Assembly: GCA_963769935.1 (NCBI GenBank)
Contig: CAVYNY010000010.1
Coordinates: 640,001-704,000 of the forward strand
Direction of reading: 5' to 3'
Source: an uncultured delta proteobacterium
Lineage (GTDB): Bacteria; Desulfobacterota; Desulfobacteria; Desulfobacterales; JAFDCJ01
DNA length: 64,000 bases
In this document: positions 9,797 to 19,374 of the stretch, in pieces
Numbering within the stretch: position 1 is the stretch's first letter
How the letters are laid out: each line of letters opens with the position of its first letter
Position numbers and translations under genes: made by a program
The notes under the pieces: model-generated
The model's database searches: none
What the model saw: the letters and a program-made list of their open reading frames with translations, nothing else
Told to the model about the DNA's origin: nothing

Positions 9797-10008
9797 ACGA
9801 GATGCACTATTTTAATTTCCGGCCATTTTTTCATGAAATATTCAGCCACCAGGCGTCGGCGGCATTTTTGAGGCTTTTCCTCGCTGCACAGCAGACAGCC
9901 CCCATCCAGCATCTTCCTGGGAATCGTTTCTTCTGCGTCTCTTTCCGCCAGCAAAGCGAGAAATTTTTCGGCTGTCTTTTTAGTAAAGCCGATGGTAAAT
10001 AGGGTCAT
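9793..10008 (-). pseudogene. DUF488-family gene with large in-frame internal deletion
   Basis: N-terminal FTIGFTKKTAEKF joined directly to C-terminal GCLLCSEEKP..C.RRLVAEY; only 71 aa, the central DVR/LAP region is missing. Confidence 0.7.
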
Positions 10009-10047
10009 AATTCGTCCGTCCCACTGTTTTCTTCATTTTTTTGAGCG

Positions 10048-11976
10048 CTATCGGCGATCTTTGTTGAAAATACCGCCGACATGCACGTGTCTGGGCCGGC
10101 GGGGTTTTGCCGCCGATTTTGCCGCCGGGCTGCTGGATCGGAGCGGGCCGGATGATTTGGGCTGTTCTTCAATTTGATTTTCCAGGCAGTACTTTTTTAT
10201 GGCGTCAAGGAAGACCGGTCCGAATTTCCGGCATTTAACCGCGCCGACACCATGGATGGTCAGCAGGCTTTCGCGGGATTGAGGAAAAAAGGCCGCCATT
10301 TCCAGCAGGGTTTTATCCGAAAATATCACATAAGGCGGCACCCCGGAATTATCCGCCAGTTCCTTGCGTTTCCGCCGCAATTGTTCGAACAACGGTTGAT
10401 TTACGTCCGGGTCACCGGCCCGGCGCGGTGCGTCGACAAATTTTTCAAAAGACGGTTCTTCGTCCAGGCGGCCCCGGACGGTAATTTGGCCCCTGAGTAC
10501 CGCCCAACCCTTGTCGGTCAATCTGAATCCGCCGAATTCCATATCCTGCAGGACGAGCCCCTGATGGAGAAGCTGCCGGGACAACTGTTGCCACTGTCTC
10601 TTGGAATAGTCCGCGCCGATACCGTAAGTGGATAATCGGTGGTGTCCGAACTGCAGCACTCTTTGGGCCTTGGAACCCCGCAGGACATCGATGATATGCA
10701 CGCTGCCGAATCTTTCACCGGTCCGCTTGACACAGGAAAGAAATTTCTGGGCGGCGATGGTCAGATCCACCTGCTCTTTTTCGCCTGCCAGACAGTTGTC
10801 GCACATGTCACATTTTTCGATCGTGTAGTCTTCACCGAAATAATTGAGCAGCGGTATTCGGCGGCAGATTTCCGTTTCGGCAAATCGCAGCAGCGCACTG
10901 AGATGGATGTTGGCCGTCCGCTTTTCGGCGGGTGCTTTCTGCTCGATGAAGTACTTGATCTTTTGCACATCGGCATAGCTGAACAACAGCAGGCAGTGGG
11001 CTCTCAACCCGTCGCGACCGGCCCGCCCGATTTCCTGGTAGTAGCTTTCAATGCTTTGGGGCAGGTCAAAGTGCACCACGAAGCGCACGTTGGGTTTGTC
11101 GATTCCCATGCCGAAGGCAATGGTGGCGACAATAATCTGCACCTCATCCCGAATAAACGCTTCCTGGTTCAGATTCCGATCGGTGTCGCTTAGTCCGGCA
11201 TGGTAGGGCGCTGCCGAAAAACCGTTGTTAATCAAAATTTCATGAAGGTTTTCAACCTGTTTGCGGGAATGGCAGTAAATAATTCCGGATTGATTTTCAA
11301 ATTTCTGAAGGAACCGCAGCGTTTGCCTTGCGGGGTTATCTTTGGGAACGAACTGGATAAACAGATTTTCCCGGTTGAAGCTGGCCACATACTCCCGGCC
11401 GTCGTCAAGCTGCAGGCTGGCTTTTATATCTTCCCGCACTCTGGGGGTTGCCGTGGCTGTCAGCGCCGCACAGACGGCATCGGGAAAATGGGCGCGGGCT
11501 TTTAGCAACTGCCGGTATTCCGGTCGAAAATCATGCCCCCATTGTGAAATACAGTGCGCCTCATCAATGGCCAGGCAGTCCACCTTGACCGACGACAGCA
11601 GCTCGAGCATGCCGGCTTTCAGCAGGGCTTCAGGGGCCAGGTAGAGTAATTTAGCCTTCTTCTGCTTTATCTGTCCGACGTTGTTCCGATATTCGGACGG
11701 CGACAGCGAGCTGTTTAAAACGGCCGCGGCCACGCCGGATTGAGTTAATTGGGCCACCTGATCTTTCATCAAGGAAATCAGGGGGGAGATGACAATGGTC
11801 AATCCTTCGAAGATGAGGGCCGGGATTTGGTAGCACAGTGACTTGCCGCCTCCCGTCGGCATCACCACCAGTACATCCTTTTTGGCCAGAATATTTGCAA
11901 TAATTTTAGCCTGAAACGGCCTGAATTCATCGTATCCGAAGACTTTTTTAAGGATGGCTTGAGTTGGGTCGGTCAT
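10048..11976 (-). CDS. recQ: ATP-dependent DNA helicase RecQ
   Basis: MPTGGGKSLCYQ, DEAHCISQWGHDFRPEY, ATIAFGMGIDK, QEIGRAGRDG, Zn motif CRR..LL.YFGE...CDMCDNC, RQC and HRDC (VPPYVIFSD.TL.EMA). Confidence 0.97.
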   Translation of the reverse strand: MTDPTQAILKKVFGYDEFRPFQAKIIANILAKKDVLVVMPTGGGKSLCYQIPALIFEGLTIVISPLISLMKDQVAQLTQSGVAAAVLNSSLSPSEYRNNVGQIKQKKAKLLYLAPEALLKAGMLELLSSVKVDCLAIDEAHCISQWGHDFRPEYRQLLKARAHFPDAVCAALTATATPRVREDIKASLQLDDGREYVASFNRENLFIQFVPKDNPARQTLRFLQKFENQSGIIYCHSRKQVENLHEILINNGFSAAPYHAGLSDTDRNLNQEAFIRDEVQIIVATIAFGMGIDKPNVRFVVHFDLPQSIESYYQEIGRAGRDGLRAHCLLLFSYADVQKIKYFIEQKAPAEKRTANIHLSALLRFAETEICRRIPLLNYFGEDYTIEKCDMCDNCLAGEKEQVDLTIAAQKFLSCVKRTGERFGSVHIIDVLRGSKAQRVLQFGHHRLSTYGIGADYSKRQWQQLSRQLLHQGLVLQDMEFGGFRLTDKGWAVLRGQITVRGRLDEEPSFEKFVDAPRRAGDPDVNQPLFEQLRRKRKELADNSGVPPYVIFSDKTLLEMAAFFPQSRESLLTIHGVGAVKCRKFGPVFLDAIKKYCLENQIEEQPKSSGPLRSSSPAAKSAAKPRRPRHVHVGGIFNKDRR

Positions 11977-12252
11977 CAGCTATAGCCCATTTTTCTAACA
12001 ACGTGTTATCTGAAACCTATTCAAATGACTTTGCGCCAAGGTTGGCGCCTACGGCTCCATTCGCTGCAACCAGGGTCCTGTAAACGATCTGATACTTTTA
12101 TACAAAAATACGTCTTTTGCGCAACAGTTCTTTTGATAGTGATTCTGTTTTCTTTTTTGATAGGTTGCGTTATCATGGCGGATAGTTATATTGGTGACGA
12201 ACATTCGACAGGTTTGCCGAGGGCCGCTGCGGCAAAAATGGGAGGAATGAAA

Positions 12253-12807
12253 ATGATGCACATCCATGTCGAACAGATACCGGCGGATGGTCTTGACTTC
12301 CGGTTTGAAGAAAGCCCGCAGGAATTTCCGGTTCTGGCGGAAATGATCAACCGGGGCGAATGCGAATTTCTTGCACCAATAAAAACCTCCTTGCGAGCGG
12401 TGCGAATCGCTGATAGGGTTGAAGTCGAGGGCGACGTCCGGTCAGTTGTCGGGCTGCCCTGTGCACGCTGCCTGAAAGTGTTTGAAACTGCTTTAACTTC
12501 CCGTTTTGCCTTAACTTATACAAACCGCCTCGAGGAAATGGAAATGGCTGCCGATCAGGATGAGGTTGAACTTCGCCCCGAGGAGATAAACCGTATCTAC
12601 TTCCAGGGCGAAACGATCAACCTGCAGGATGCTATCCAGGAACAGGTCATTATGGCGTTTCCAATCAGAGCGCTTTGCAGTGAAGGCTGCCGGGGGCTCT
12701 GTCCGCAATGCGGTGCGGATCTGAATGAGGGCGACTGCGGCTGCTCCCGTCGGTTGTCCGATAGCCGGTTTGCAAGTCTTAAAAACTTCAGGCCAAGAAA
12801 AACGTGA
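12253..12807 (+). CDS. YceD/DUF177 family protein
   Basis: CARCL and P...LCSEGCRGLCPQCGADLN...CGC motifs; GGAGG RBS at 12241 favours a start at 12253 or 12256. Confidence 0.9.
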   Translation: MMHIHVEQIPADGLDFRFEESPQEFPVLAEMINRGECEFLAPIKTSLRAVRIADRVEVEGDVRSVVGLPCARCLKVFETALTSRFALTYTNRLEEMEMAADQDEVELRPEEINRIYFQGETINLQDAIQEQVIMAFPIRALCSEGCRGLCPQCGADLNEGDCGCSRRLSDSRFASLKNFRPRKT

Positions 12808-12808
12808 C

Positions 12809-13705
12809 ATGGAAAAGAAAACAACCCAGGCGCAATCATCGCTGAGACGGTTCGGAATTTTTTTTTGGCGGGTATTGGTCGGTTTTAAGCGTAATCAGGG
12901 CCTTCTGCTGGCAGGGGCCGTGGCCTATTATACACTTTTATCCATCATACCCATGCTGGCGCTGATCCTGGTGGGGTTTTCGCACTTCATAAAGAAGGAA
13001 CAGCTTTACAACACCATTTTATCAAATTTAGAGCTTGTCATCCCCTCCCATGCCGAAATGATCGCCGGGCAGGTGTGGGCATTTCTCGACCGGCGCCAAG
13101 TGGTGGGCGTTTTCGGGATTCTCTTTATGCTGTTTTTCAGCTCCATGGCCTTTACCGTTCTTGAAAATGCCATGGCCGTCATATTCTCGCACCGGGCCCG
13201 CCGGCATCGCCGGCATTTTCTGACCTCGGCCATCATCCCTTATGTCTATATTTTCTTGATGGGCGTCGGATTGTTTCTGGTAACCCTGATCTCCGGCGCC
13301 CTGGATGCCCTGGCAGACAAACACATTGTTATGTTCGGTTTCGATCTGAGCATGCAATATACTTCCCGGATTGCATTGTATTTTTCAGGTTTGTTCAGCA
13401 TGGTGGTCATGTTGACCTCGCTGTATCTGGTCATGCCTGTCGGCCGCATTTCAATTCGATATGCCCTGGCCGGCGGAATCACGGCCACGATTCTCTGGGA
13501 AATCATCCGCCACATACTGGTCTGGTACTATTCGACGCTATCGCTGGTCAATGTGATTTACGGCTCGCTGGCGACCGCGGTGGTGGCCCTGCTGAGCATC
13601 GAAATTGCGGTCATCGTCCTTCTGCTGGGAGCGCAGGTCATCGCGGAATTCGAGTCCAGGACCAGCGAAATCCCCAAAGTAGATCAAACAGACTTTGATA
13701 TTTGA
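12809..13705 (+). CDS. YihY/BrkB family inner membrane protein
   Basis: AGAVAYYTLLS.IP, about 6 hydrophobic helices, IYGSL and LLLGA motifs. Confidence 0.9.
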   Translation: MEKKTTQAQSSLRRFGIFFWRVLVGFKRNQGLLLAGAVAYYTLLSIIPMLALILVGFSHFIKKEQLYNTILSNLELVIPSHAEMIAGQVWAFLDRRQVVGVFGILFMLFFSSMAFTVLENAMAVIFSHRARRHRRHFLTSAIIPYVYIFLMGVGLFLVTLISGALDALADKHIVMFGFDLSMQYTSRIALYFSGLFSMVVMLTSLYLVMPVGRISIRYALAGGITATILWEIIRHILVWYYSTLSLVNVIYGSLATAVVALLSIEIAVIVLLLGAQVIAEFESRTSEIPKVDQTDFDI

Positions 13706-13903
13706 GACCCCTTCGAATTTGTTCTCATGGAAATGATGGTTGCCATTCCTTTATAGTTGCACTGGTGCAGAAGGACAGGCTTTGAGATTTGGGATTTAGA
13801 GTATTTCAAGGCTAATTAATTCATATCGACTAGTTTCAACCTCATGAACGGTTGCAACTTTTCTTAGCCTGACGGCTATGGGTTTGGGGGTATTAGATCT
13901 GAA

Positions 13904-16900
13904 ATGTCACGCTGGAAAAAAATTCTAATTGCCGCGGCCCTGTTGATCATTGTGCTCATGGTGGCGGTTTATGCGTTTCTCGCACTGTACGATTTTAACA
14001 ACTTAAAGCCCATGATCGCTAAGGCCGTCAAGGATGCCACCGGCCGCGAGCTCACCATTGCAGGCAATATCGAATTTGAACTTGGGCTCAGGCCGACGGT
14101 GGTCGTTGAAGGCGCAAGCTTTCAGAACGCCACCTGGAGCTCAACGCCGAACCTGGCCCAGGTCAAACGCCTGGAAGTCCGGATAGCCTTTTGGCCGTTG
14201 ATTTTCGGCAAATTTGATCTGGCCCGCCTGGTCCTTGTAGAACCGGATGTGATTGTAGAATTCGACGATAACGGGACATCCAACTTCTCATTTGAAACCT
14301 CCGGCAAACAAAAAAATGAATCAGCCCTGTCTCCCCCGCCGCTGATATTCAACGATGTCCTGATTGAAAATGGCCGTTTCACCTACCGGGACGCGCAATC
14401 GGACCTTAAATTTTCAATTCGCATCGACCGCCTGACGGCTGAGATTCCCGGCTTTGATAAATCCCTGCAGGTGGATTTCAAGGGGGCCTTTGATGACCTG
14501 CCTTTTATGCTCAGCGGTACGGTCGGGCCGATTTGGGCCTGGGTCGAACCGGGATACACCTTGCCGGCGAATATAACCGTCACGGCAGGCGGCGCAACCG
14601 CCGACCTCAAAGGCGTAATCCGCGATCCCACGCATTTCAAAGATCTGGGGTTCACCATCACCGCCCAGGGCACCTCAACTGCCGCCGTCGCCAAACTGGC
14701 CGGCGTGACGGATATGCCTGAATTCGGCGCTTTCAAGTTGACGGCCAACGTTGCCGACCCGCAAGGCAGCCTGGCGGTGGAAAAGCTTGATCTACAAATC
14801 GGCTCCGAGGCGCTGGTCGCCGTGTCCATTACCGGCGGCATCAAGAACGTTCCGGCCCTGCAAGGTATCAAACTGGATTTCACCGCTCAGGGGCGTGACT
14901 CCGCCAATCTGACCCAATTTGGCTTACCACCGCTTCCCAGGAAGGGTCCGTTTAAAGTTACAGCCGACATATCGGATCCGGAAGCAAACGTCTTTGCGGC
15001 CGGCAACCTGAGCATTGCCCTGGGAAATAGCGAAATCAACGGTCCGGTGACATTGAATATGGCCGAAAAAGTACCCTATTTGACGGCCGAACTGGCATCG
15101 CAAAAATCTGAATTGGGCCCGGGCAGTTTGGATCTCAACCTGATCGATCCGTTTGGCAAACCGGCAATCAAAAAACTCGATCTCAAACTCGGCACCCAGG
15201 CGCTGGCCCAGATTCGTTTAAAGGGTACGGTTGATGACCTGCGCGAACTTCAGGGCGTCGATATCGAATTTCAGGCAAGCGGCAATGATCTGGCCAACTT
15301 GAGGCAGCTGACCGGGCAACCGCTGCCGGTGCGGGGCGCCTTCAGCGCTGCCGGCAAGGTCTTGATTCCGGTCTCCAAGCACCTAGAGATTCCCGATCTG
15401 AAGGCTACCGTCGGAAAAAACAGCATCACGGGCTCTTTGGACCTTGATTTAAGGGGGGAAAAGCCTCAAGTAACGGCGGCACTGTCATCGCCGCAATTGG
15501 ACCTGCCAAGCGTGCTTTTGCCGGAGTTGGCCAAGCAAGGCTGGGCCGAAGGCCTGAGTCAGGTCCGTCCCCTCAAACTGGACGTCAAATTGGCCGGTTT
15601 TTTTCAGGAAATCGCCGTCAAAAAGATGGACTTGCAGGCCGGAACCCTGGATTCGGCCGAGGTGCGCTTGAACGGTTCGGTCGGAAATCTCGCAGCCCTG
15701 CGCGGCGTCGATCTTAATTTTTCCCTGCAAGGCAAAGAGCTGGCCAAGCTCAAAGAAATTCTTGCCCAACCCTATTTATTCGCGCCGGTGCCGGGTCAAG
15801 GGGCCTATGCCGTATCCGGCAACATCAGCGATCAGGCGGTCAACGTTTTTAATGTCGGCAATCTTAAATTTGTACTGGCGGAAAATGAACTGACCGGCCG
15901 ATTGAATTTTAACCTGGCCGCCCAACCGCCGAACTACGAGGTGGATTTATCCGGCCCTAAATTCAACATGAAGCCGTTTCCAATTCCCAAGGAGGCGGCC
16001 TATGCCAACCTCAACAAAATCGATGACCTGGGGCCGCTGAAAATACACTCGCAAGTAATCGTCGCGGGTGATCACTTGTCCCTGCAGCAATTCGAGCTGC
16101 AGGTCGGCAGGGAACAATTGGCCGTGCTGCAGGTGAAAGGATCGATCAAGGATCTCACAACTCAAAGCGGCATTAATCTTCAGTTTGATATCCGGGGCAA
16201 TGAGGTTGCCAACCTCGAGAAGATCACCGGTCGATCCATACCCCTTCAGGGTGCCTATGCCCTATCGGGCAAGGTGACGGATCCCGCTCAAAAAGATTTC
16301 AAAATCAGCGATTTGGAGCTCAAGTTGGGGCCAAACGACATCTCCGGCTGGCTAGATCTGAATCTGAGCGGCAAAGAGCCCCAGTTATCGACCGAGCTGG
16401 CGTCGCCCAAATTTAGCCTGCAGCCCGTCACCCTGCCGGCAATCGTGAAAGCCTCCCGGCTCGAAGATCTGGGACCGTTAAAGCTGACGCTCAATTTAGC
16501 CGGCGCCGGTGACAAACTGGCCCTGGACAATCTGGATTTAATGGTTGGAAGCGAAGAAATCATTAAACTTTTGCTGAAGGGGACGATCAAAGATCTGTCG
16601 GCCATGCAGGGACTGAACCTGGAATTCACCGTCAACGGCCGGGATATTTCAAAATTGATAGCGGCGGGAGGACCGGAAATACCTTCAAAAGCCGCCTTTC
16701 GTATTTCCGCCCGGCTTGTCGACCCGGCGCCGCAAATCTACAAGCTTTCCGATATCGATGCCGCTTTGGGAGACAGCCAAAGCACCGGCTGGCTGGAGCT
16801 GGACCAATCCGGACAACGTCCGCAGTTGAAGGCTGAGCTGTCCTCCGACAAGCTGGACCTGCGTCAGCTTTCAAGGCAGGCGCAAAGCAGTGGGGAAGCT

Positions 16901-18001
16901 GAGGCCCGACCCGCGAACGGGGGTTCCCCGCAAGAAAAGAAAACGGAATCAGAAGGACCATCTTCAAAATCCGGAGCCAAAGAGGACAAGATTTTTCCCG
17001 CCGATCCATTGCCGCTGGCAGACCTTCAGAGGATTGACGCCGACTTAAAATACCGGGGCAAACAGGTTCTTTTCAGAAGTATGGCCTTCAATGACCTGGT
17101 CGTCGATATCTTGCTGCGGGACGGCAACCTCGACATCAAGCCGTTAAAATTTACAATTGGCGGCGGCAACGCCGATGGGTGGATCAATCTGCATTCCGGT
17201 AAAAAGCCCGCCGAAGTGGCGACGACCCTGACGATCAATCAGATGGGGATAGGTCCGATGCTCGATCAGCTGGGATACTCGCGCAGCATCGAGGGCAATC
17301 TGGATGCGATGATAGATTTGGACGGCACCGGTGACTCCATCGCCGCTTTGATGGCGGGGCTCAACGGCAAAATTCGTATCGCCTTAAAAGACGGCAAAAC
17401 CGAAAGCAAGTATCTCGATCTGCTGGCAAAGTATCTTGGCAGCGGTATCCTGCAAATGATCAATCCCTTTCAACAAAAAAGAGAGTACACCCCGATCAAC
17501 TGCTTCGTCGACACCGTCGCAATTGATGATGGCAAGGCCGATATCAAGCTGCTGCTGGACACCGACCAAACGAGCATTTTCGGTGCCGGTACGATCAACC
17601 TGAAAACCGAAAGCATCGACCTGGGAATCAAGCCGACTCCCAAAAAGACCGCCCTGCCCGCGGATATCAGCTTCAACCTGAACCAATTTTCCCAGCCGTT
17701 TCGCTTGGGAGGCACCCTCGCCGATCCCCATCTGGCCATCGATCCCGGGCGGGCGGCGTTTATCCTGGCCAAACTGGCCGGCGCCCTGGCGCTGGGTCCG
17801 ATCGGCATTGCCGCTTTTTTTGCGGATATATCGCTAGGCAAAAAAGACGCGTGCGCCGTAGCGTTGGAAAAAGCGATGAAAAAAATTCAGGCCGTAGAAA
17901 CGAAAAATTCGGGAGAAACCCCTCCAGAAACCGGTACGAACGACGAAAAACAAAAAGATAAAAAAAAGCCCGGTTTTTTTAAAAGGCTTTTTGGGAAGTA
18001 A
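13904..18001 (+). CDS. AsmA-family (repeating beta-groove) protein with internal repeats
   Basis: N-terminal TM anchor plus KP.I...V..ATGREL.I.G; AsmA-like C-terminus (G.GTINL..E.ID..I.P, PF.LGGTL.DP); 5-6 internal ~130-155 aa repeats. Confidence 0.88.
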   Translation: MSRWKKILIAAALLIIVLMVAVYAFLALYDFNNLKPMIAKAVKDATGRELTIAGNIEFELGLRPTVVVEGASFQNATWSSTPNLAQVKRLEVRIAFWPLIFGKFDLARLVLVEPDVIVEFDDNGTSNFSFETSGKQKNESALSPPPLIFNDVLIENGRFTYRDAQSDLKFSIRIDRLTAEIPGFDKSLQVDFKGAFDDLPFMLSGTVGPIWAWVEPGYTLPANITVTAGGATADLKGVIRDPTHFKDLGFTITAQGTSTAAVAKLAGVTDMPEFGAFKLTANVADPQGSLAVEKLDLQIGSEALVAVSITGGIKNVPALQGIKLDFTAQGRDSANLTQFGLPPLPRKGPFKVTADISDPEANVFAAGNLSIALGNSEINGPVTLNMAEKVPYLTAELASQKSELGPGSLDLNLIDPFGKPAIKKLDLKLGTQALAQIRLKGTVDDLRELQGVDIEFQASGNDLANLRQLTGQPLPVRGAFSAAGKVLIPVSKHLEIPDLKATVGKNSITGSLDLDLRGEKPQVTAALSSPQLDLPSVLLPELAKQGWAEGLSQVRPLKLDVKLAGFFQEIAVKKMDLQAGTLDSAEVRLNGSVGNLAALRGVDLNFSLQGKELAKLKEILAQPYLFAPVPGQGAYAVSGNISDQAVNVFNVGNLKFVLAENELTGRLNFNLAAQPPNYEVDLSGPKFNMKPFPIPKEAAYANLNKIDDLGPLKIHSQVIVAGDHLSLQQFELQVGREQLAVLQVKGSIKDLTTQSGINLQFDIRGNEVANLEKITGRSIPLQGAYALSGKVTDPAQKDFKISDLELKLGPNDISGWLDLNLSGKEPQLSTELASPKFSLQPVTLPAIVKASRLEDLGPLKLTLNLAGAGDKLALDNLDLMVGSEEIIKLLLKGTIKDLSAMQGLNLEFTVNGRDISKLIAAGGPEIPSKAAFRISARLVDPAPQIYKLSDIDAALGDSQSTGWLELDQSGQRPQLKAELSSDKLDLRQLSRQAQSSGEAEARPANGGSPQEKKTESEGPSSKSGAKEDKIFPADPLPLADLQRIDADLKYRGKQVLFRSMAFNDLVVDILLRDGNLDIKPLKFTIGGGNADGWINLHSGKKPAEVATTLTINQMGIGPMLDQLGYSRSIEGNLDAMIDLDGTGDSIAALMAGLNGKIRIALKDGKTESKYLDLLAKYLGSGILQMINPFQQKREYTPINCFVDTVAIDDGKADIKLLLDTDQTSIFGAGTINLKTESIDLGIKPTPKKTALPADISFNLNQFSQPFRLGGTLADPHLAIDPGRAAFILAKLAGALALGPIGIAAFFADISLGKKDACAVALEKAMKKIQAVETKNSGETPPETGTNDEKQKDKKKPGFFKRLFGK

Positions 18002-18171
18002 CCAATTGCGTTGAGACGCAATTGGTTCGTTGTGAATTGTCTGTTGTCAGTTGTGTAAATGGAATTGCTCAACGTTTGCATCGGCGGGTTGCTGCTGTAA
18101 ATCTGCTTCTTGACACATCCGGCCACTATCAGCGAAAACAGAGCGACACTTCAAAGAATACTTCTAAACAT
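18002..18171 (-). pseudogene. Remnant of a lipoprotein gene with in-frame TGA in the signal peptide
   Basis: GAGGAG RBS, ATG 18171, MFRSIL*SVALFSLIVAGC (lipobox VAGC); the frame then runs into heptamer repeats and overlaps the asmA 3' end. Confidence 0.45.
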
Positions 18172-18793
18172 ATTTGCTCCTCGCCGAATTAGCCGGCCTT
18201 TGATTCCGCCGGACGTTCTAGTGCTGGATGAACGGGTTGGCTATGGGTAGAAACTACTGCCCAAAATTTTGCGGTAGTTAAAATTAAAATAAACCAAGTC
18301 GGGCTGGGGCGGAAGTCAACAGATTAATTATTGATTCATCTCTCTTAACTGTTTATAAAGCGCATAAGCTTCCATTCCCCGCGGATTCCCCAGTGAGGCT
18401 TTGGAATCAACCCGCAGAAGTTCCAACAGCAGCGGGAATCGGTCATCCGCTGCCTGAGCAGTACTTCGATCTTTTGATAAGGCTTCACCATATGTTGCAA
18501 TCCGGCTTATCCATTTTGGGTAAGAGTTAGGCCGGATTATACACCATTAATTTCGAAATTGCCGGAATAATTTCGTCTCATGAAGGCGACTGACTTGACG
18601 CGGTTAAAACTATTCATCAGCTTTGGGCACCCGTCATAATATCGCTCTGCACTTTTTAGAAAATGTGTTATAGACGGCAGTGCTTGGGCTGAATCAATTC
18701 AACACCAAAATGACCTTGCCCGCGACCGGCTGCTTGGGGGGGGCGGTATCTCTGGTGCATCCGAAACTGAGTGGAAAATTGTAGCAGGCGGGT

Positions 18794-19333
18794 ATGGTGC
18801 GAACCTTATTCTGGACACTCATAGTGGCGCTGCTGCTCGATTGGGCTGTCTCCCCTTCAGCCGTTCCGGCCTTGGACCGGCAAATGCTTGGCCTGCGCGG
18901 CGGAGTTTCAGATAATCGCAATGATGAAGATTTTAAGCAGTACGAGGGTTTTGCGGCCTGGAATCTACCCTGGTCATGGGGCCTGGGTTCAGAGTGGACC
19001 CTGACCCCATACCTTGAAGCCAATGCCGGCCTGCTGAACGGCGGCGGAGAATCCGCCTGCGTCGGCTCAATCGGACCCGGTCTTTATTTCACCGGACTGC
19101 AGGATAGAATCGGCATTTATCTGGGTGTCAATCCGACCATTATCAGCAAGCATAAATTCGGCGATGATGATCTCGGAGGACCCTTTCAGTTTACCTCCCA
19201 TATCGCTATCGATTTTAATATCGCCCGGCACTTTGCCGTCGGATACCGCCTCCAGCACATGTCCAACTTCGTTTTCTATGATTCCAACCCGGGCTTGAAT
19301 CTGCACATGATCGAGGGGGCCTACCGTTTCTGA
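18794..19333 (+). CDS. pagL: Lipid A 3-O-deacylase PagL / acyloxyacyl hydrolase family OM beta-barrel
   Basis: Signal peptide, LGG.FQF, catalytic H.SN followed by NPGLN, terminal YRF. Confidence 0.85.
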   Translation: MVRTLFWTLIVALLLDWAVSPSAVPALDRQMLGLRGGVSDNRNDEDFKQYEGFAAWNLPWSWGLGSEWTLTPYLEANAGLLNGGGESACVGSIGPGLYFTGLQDRIGIYLGVNPTIISKHKFGDDDLGGPFQFTSHIAIDFNIARHFAVGYRLQHMSNFVFYDSNPGLNLHMIEGAYRF

Positions 19334-19374
19334 CTGATATGGGGGATCACATCTTAATAAAAGGAGTAAAAGCT

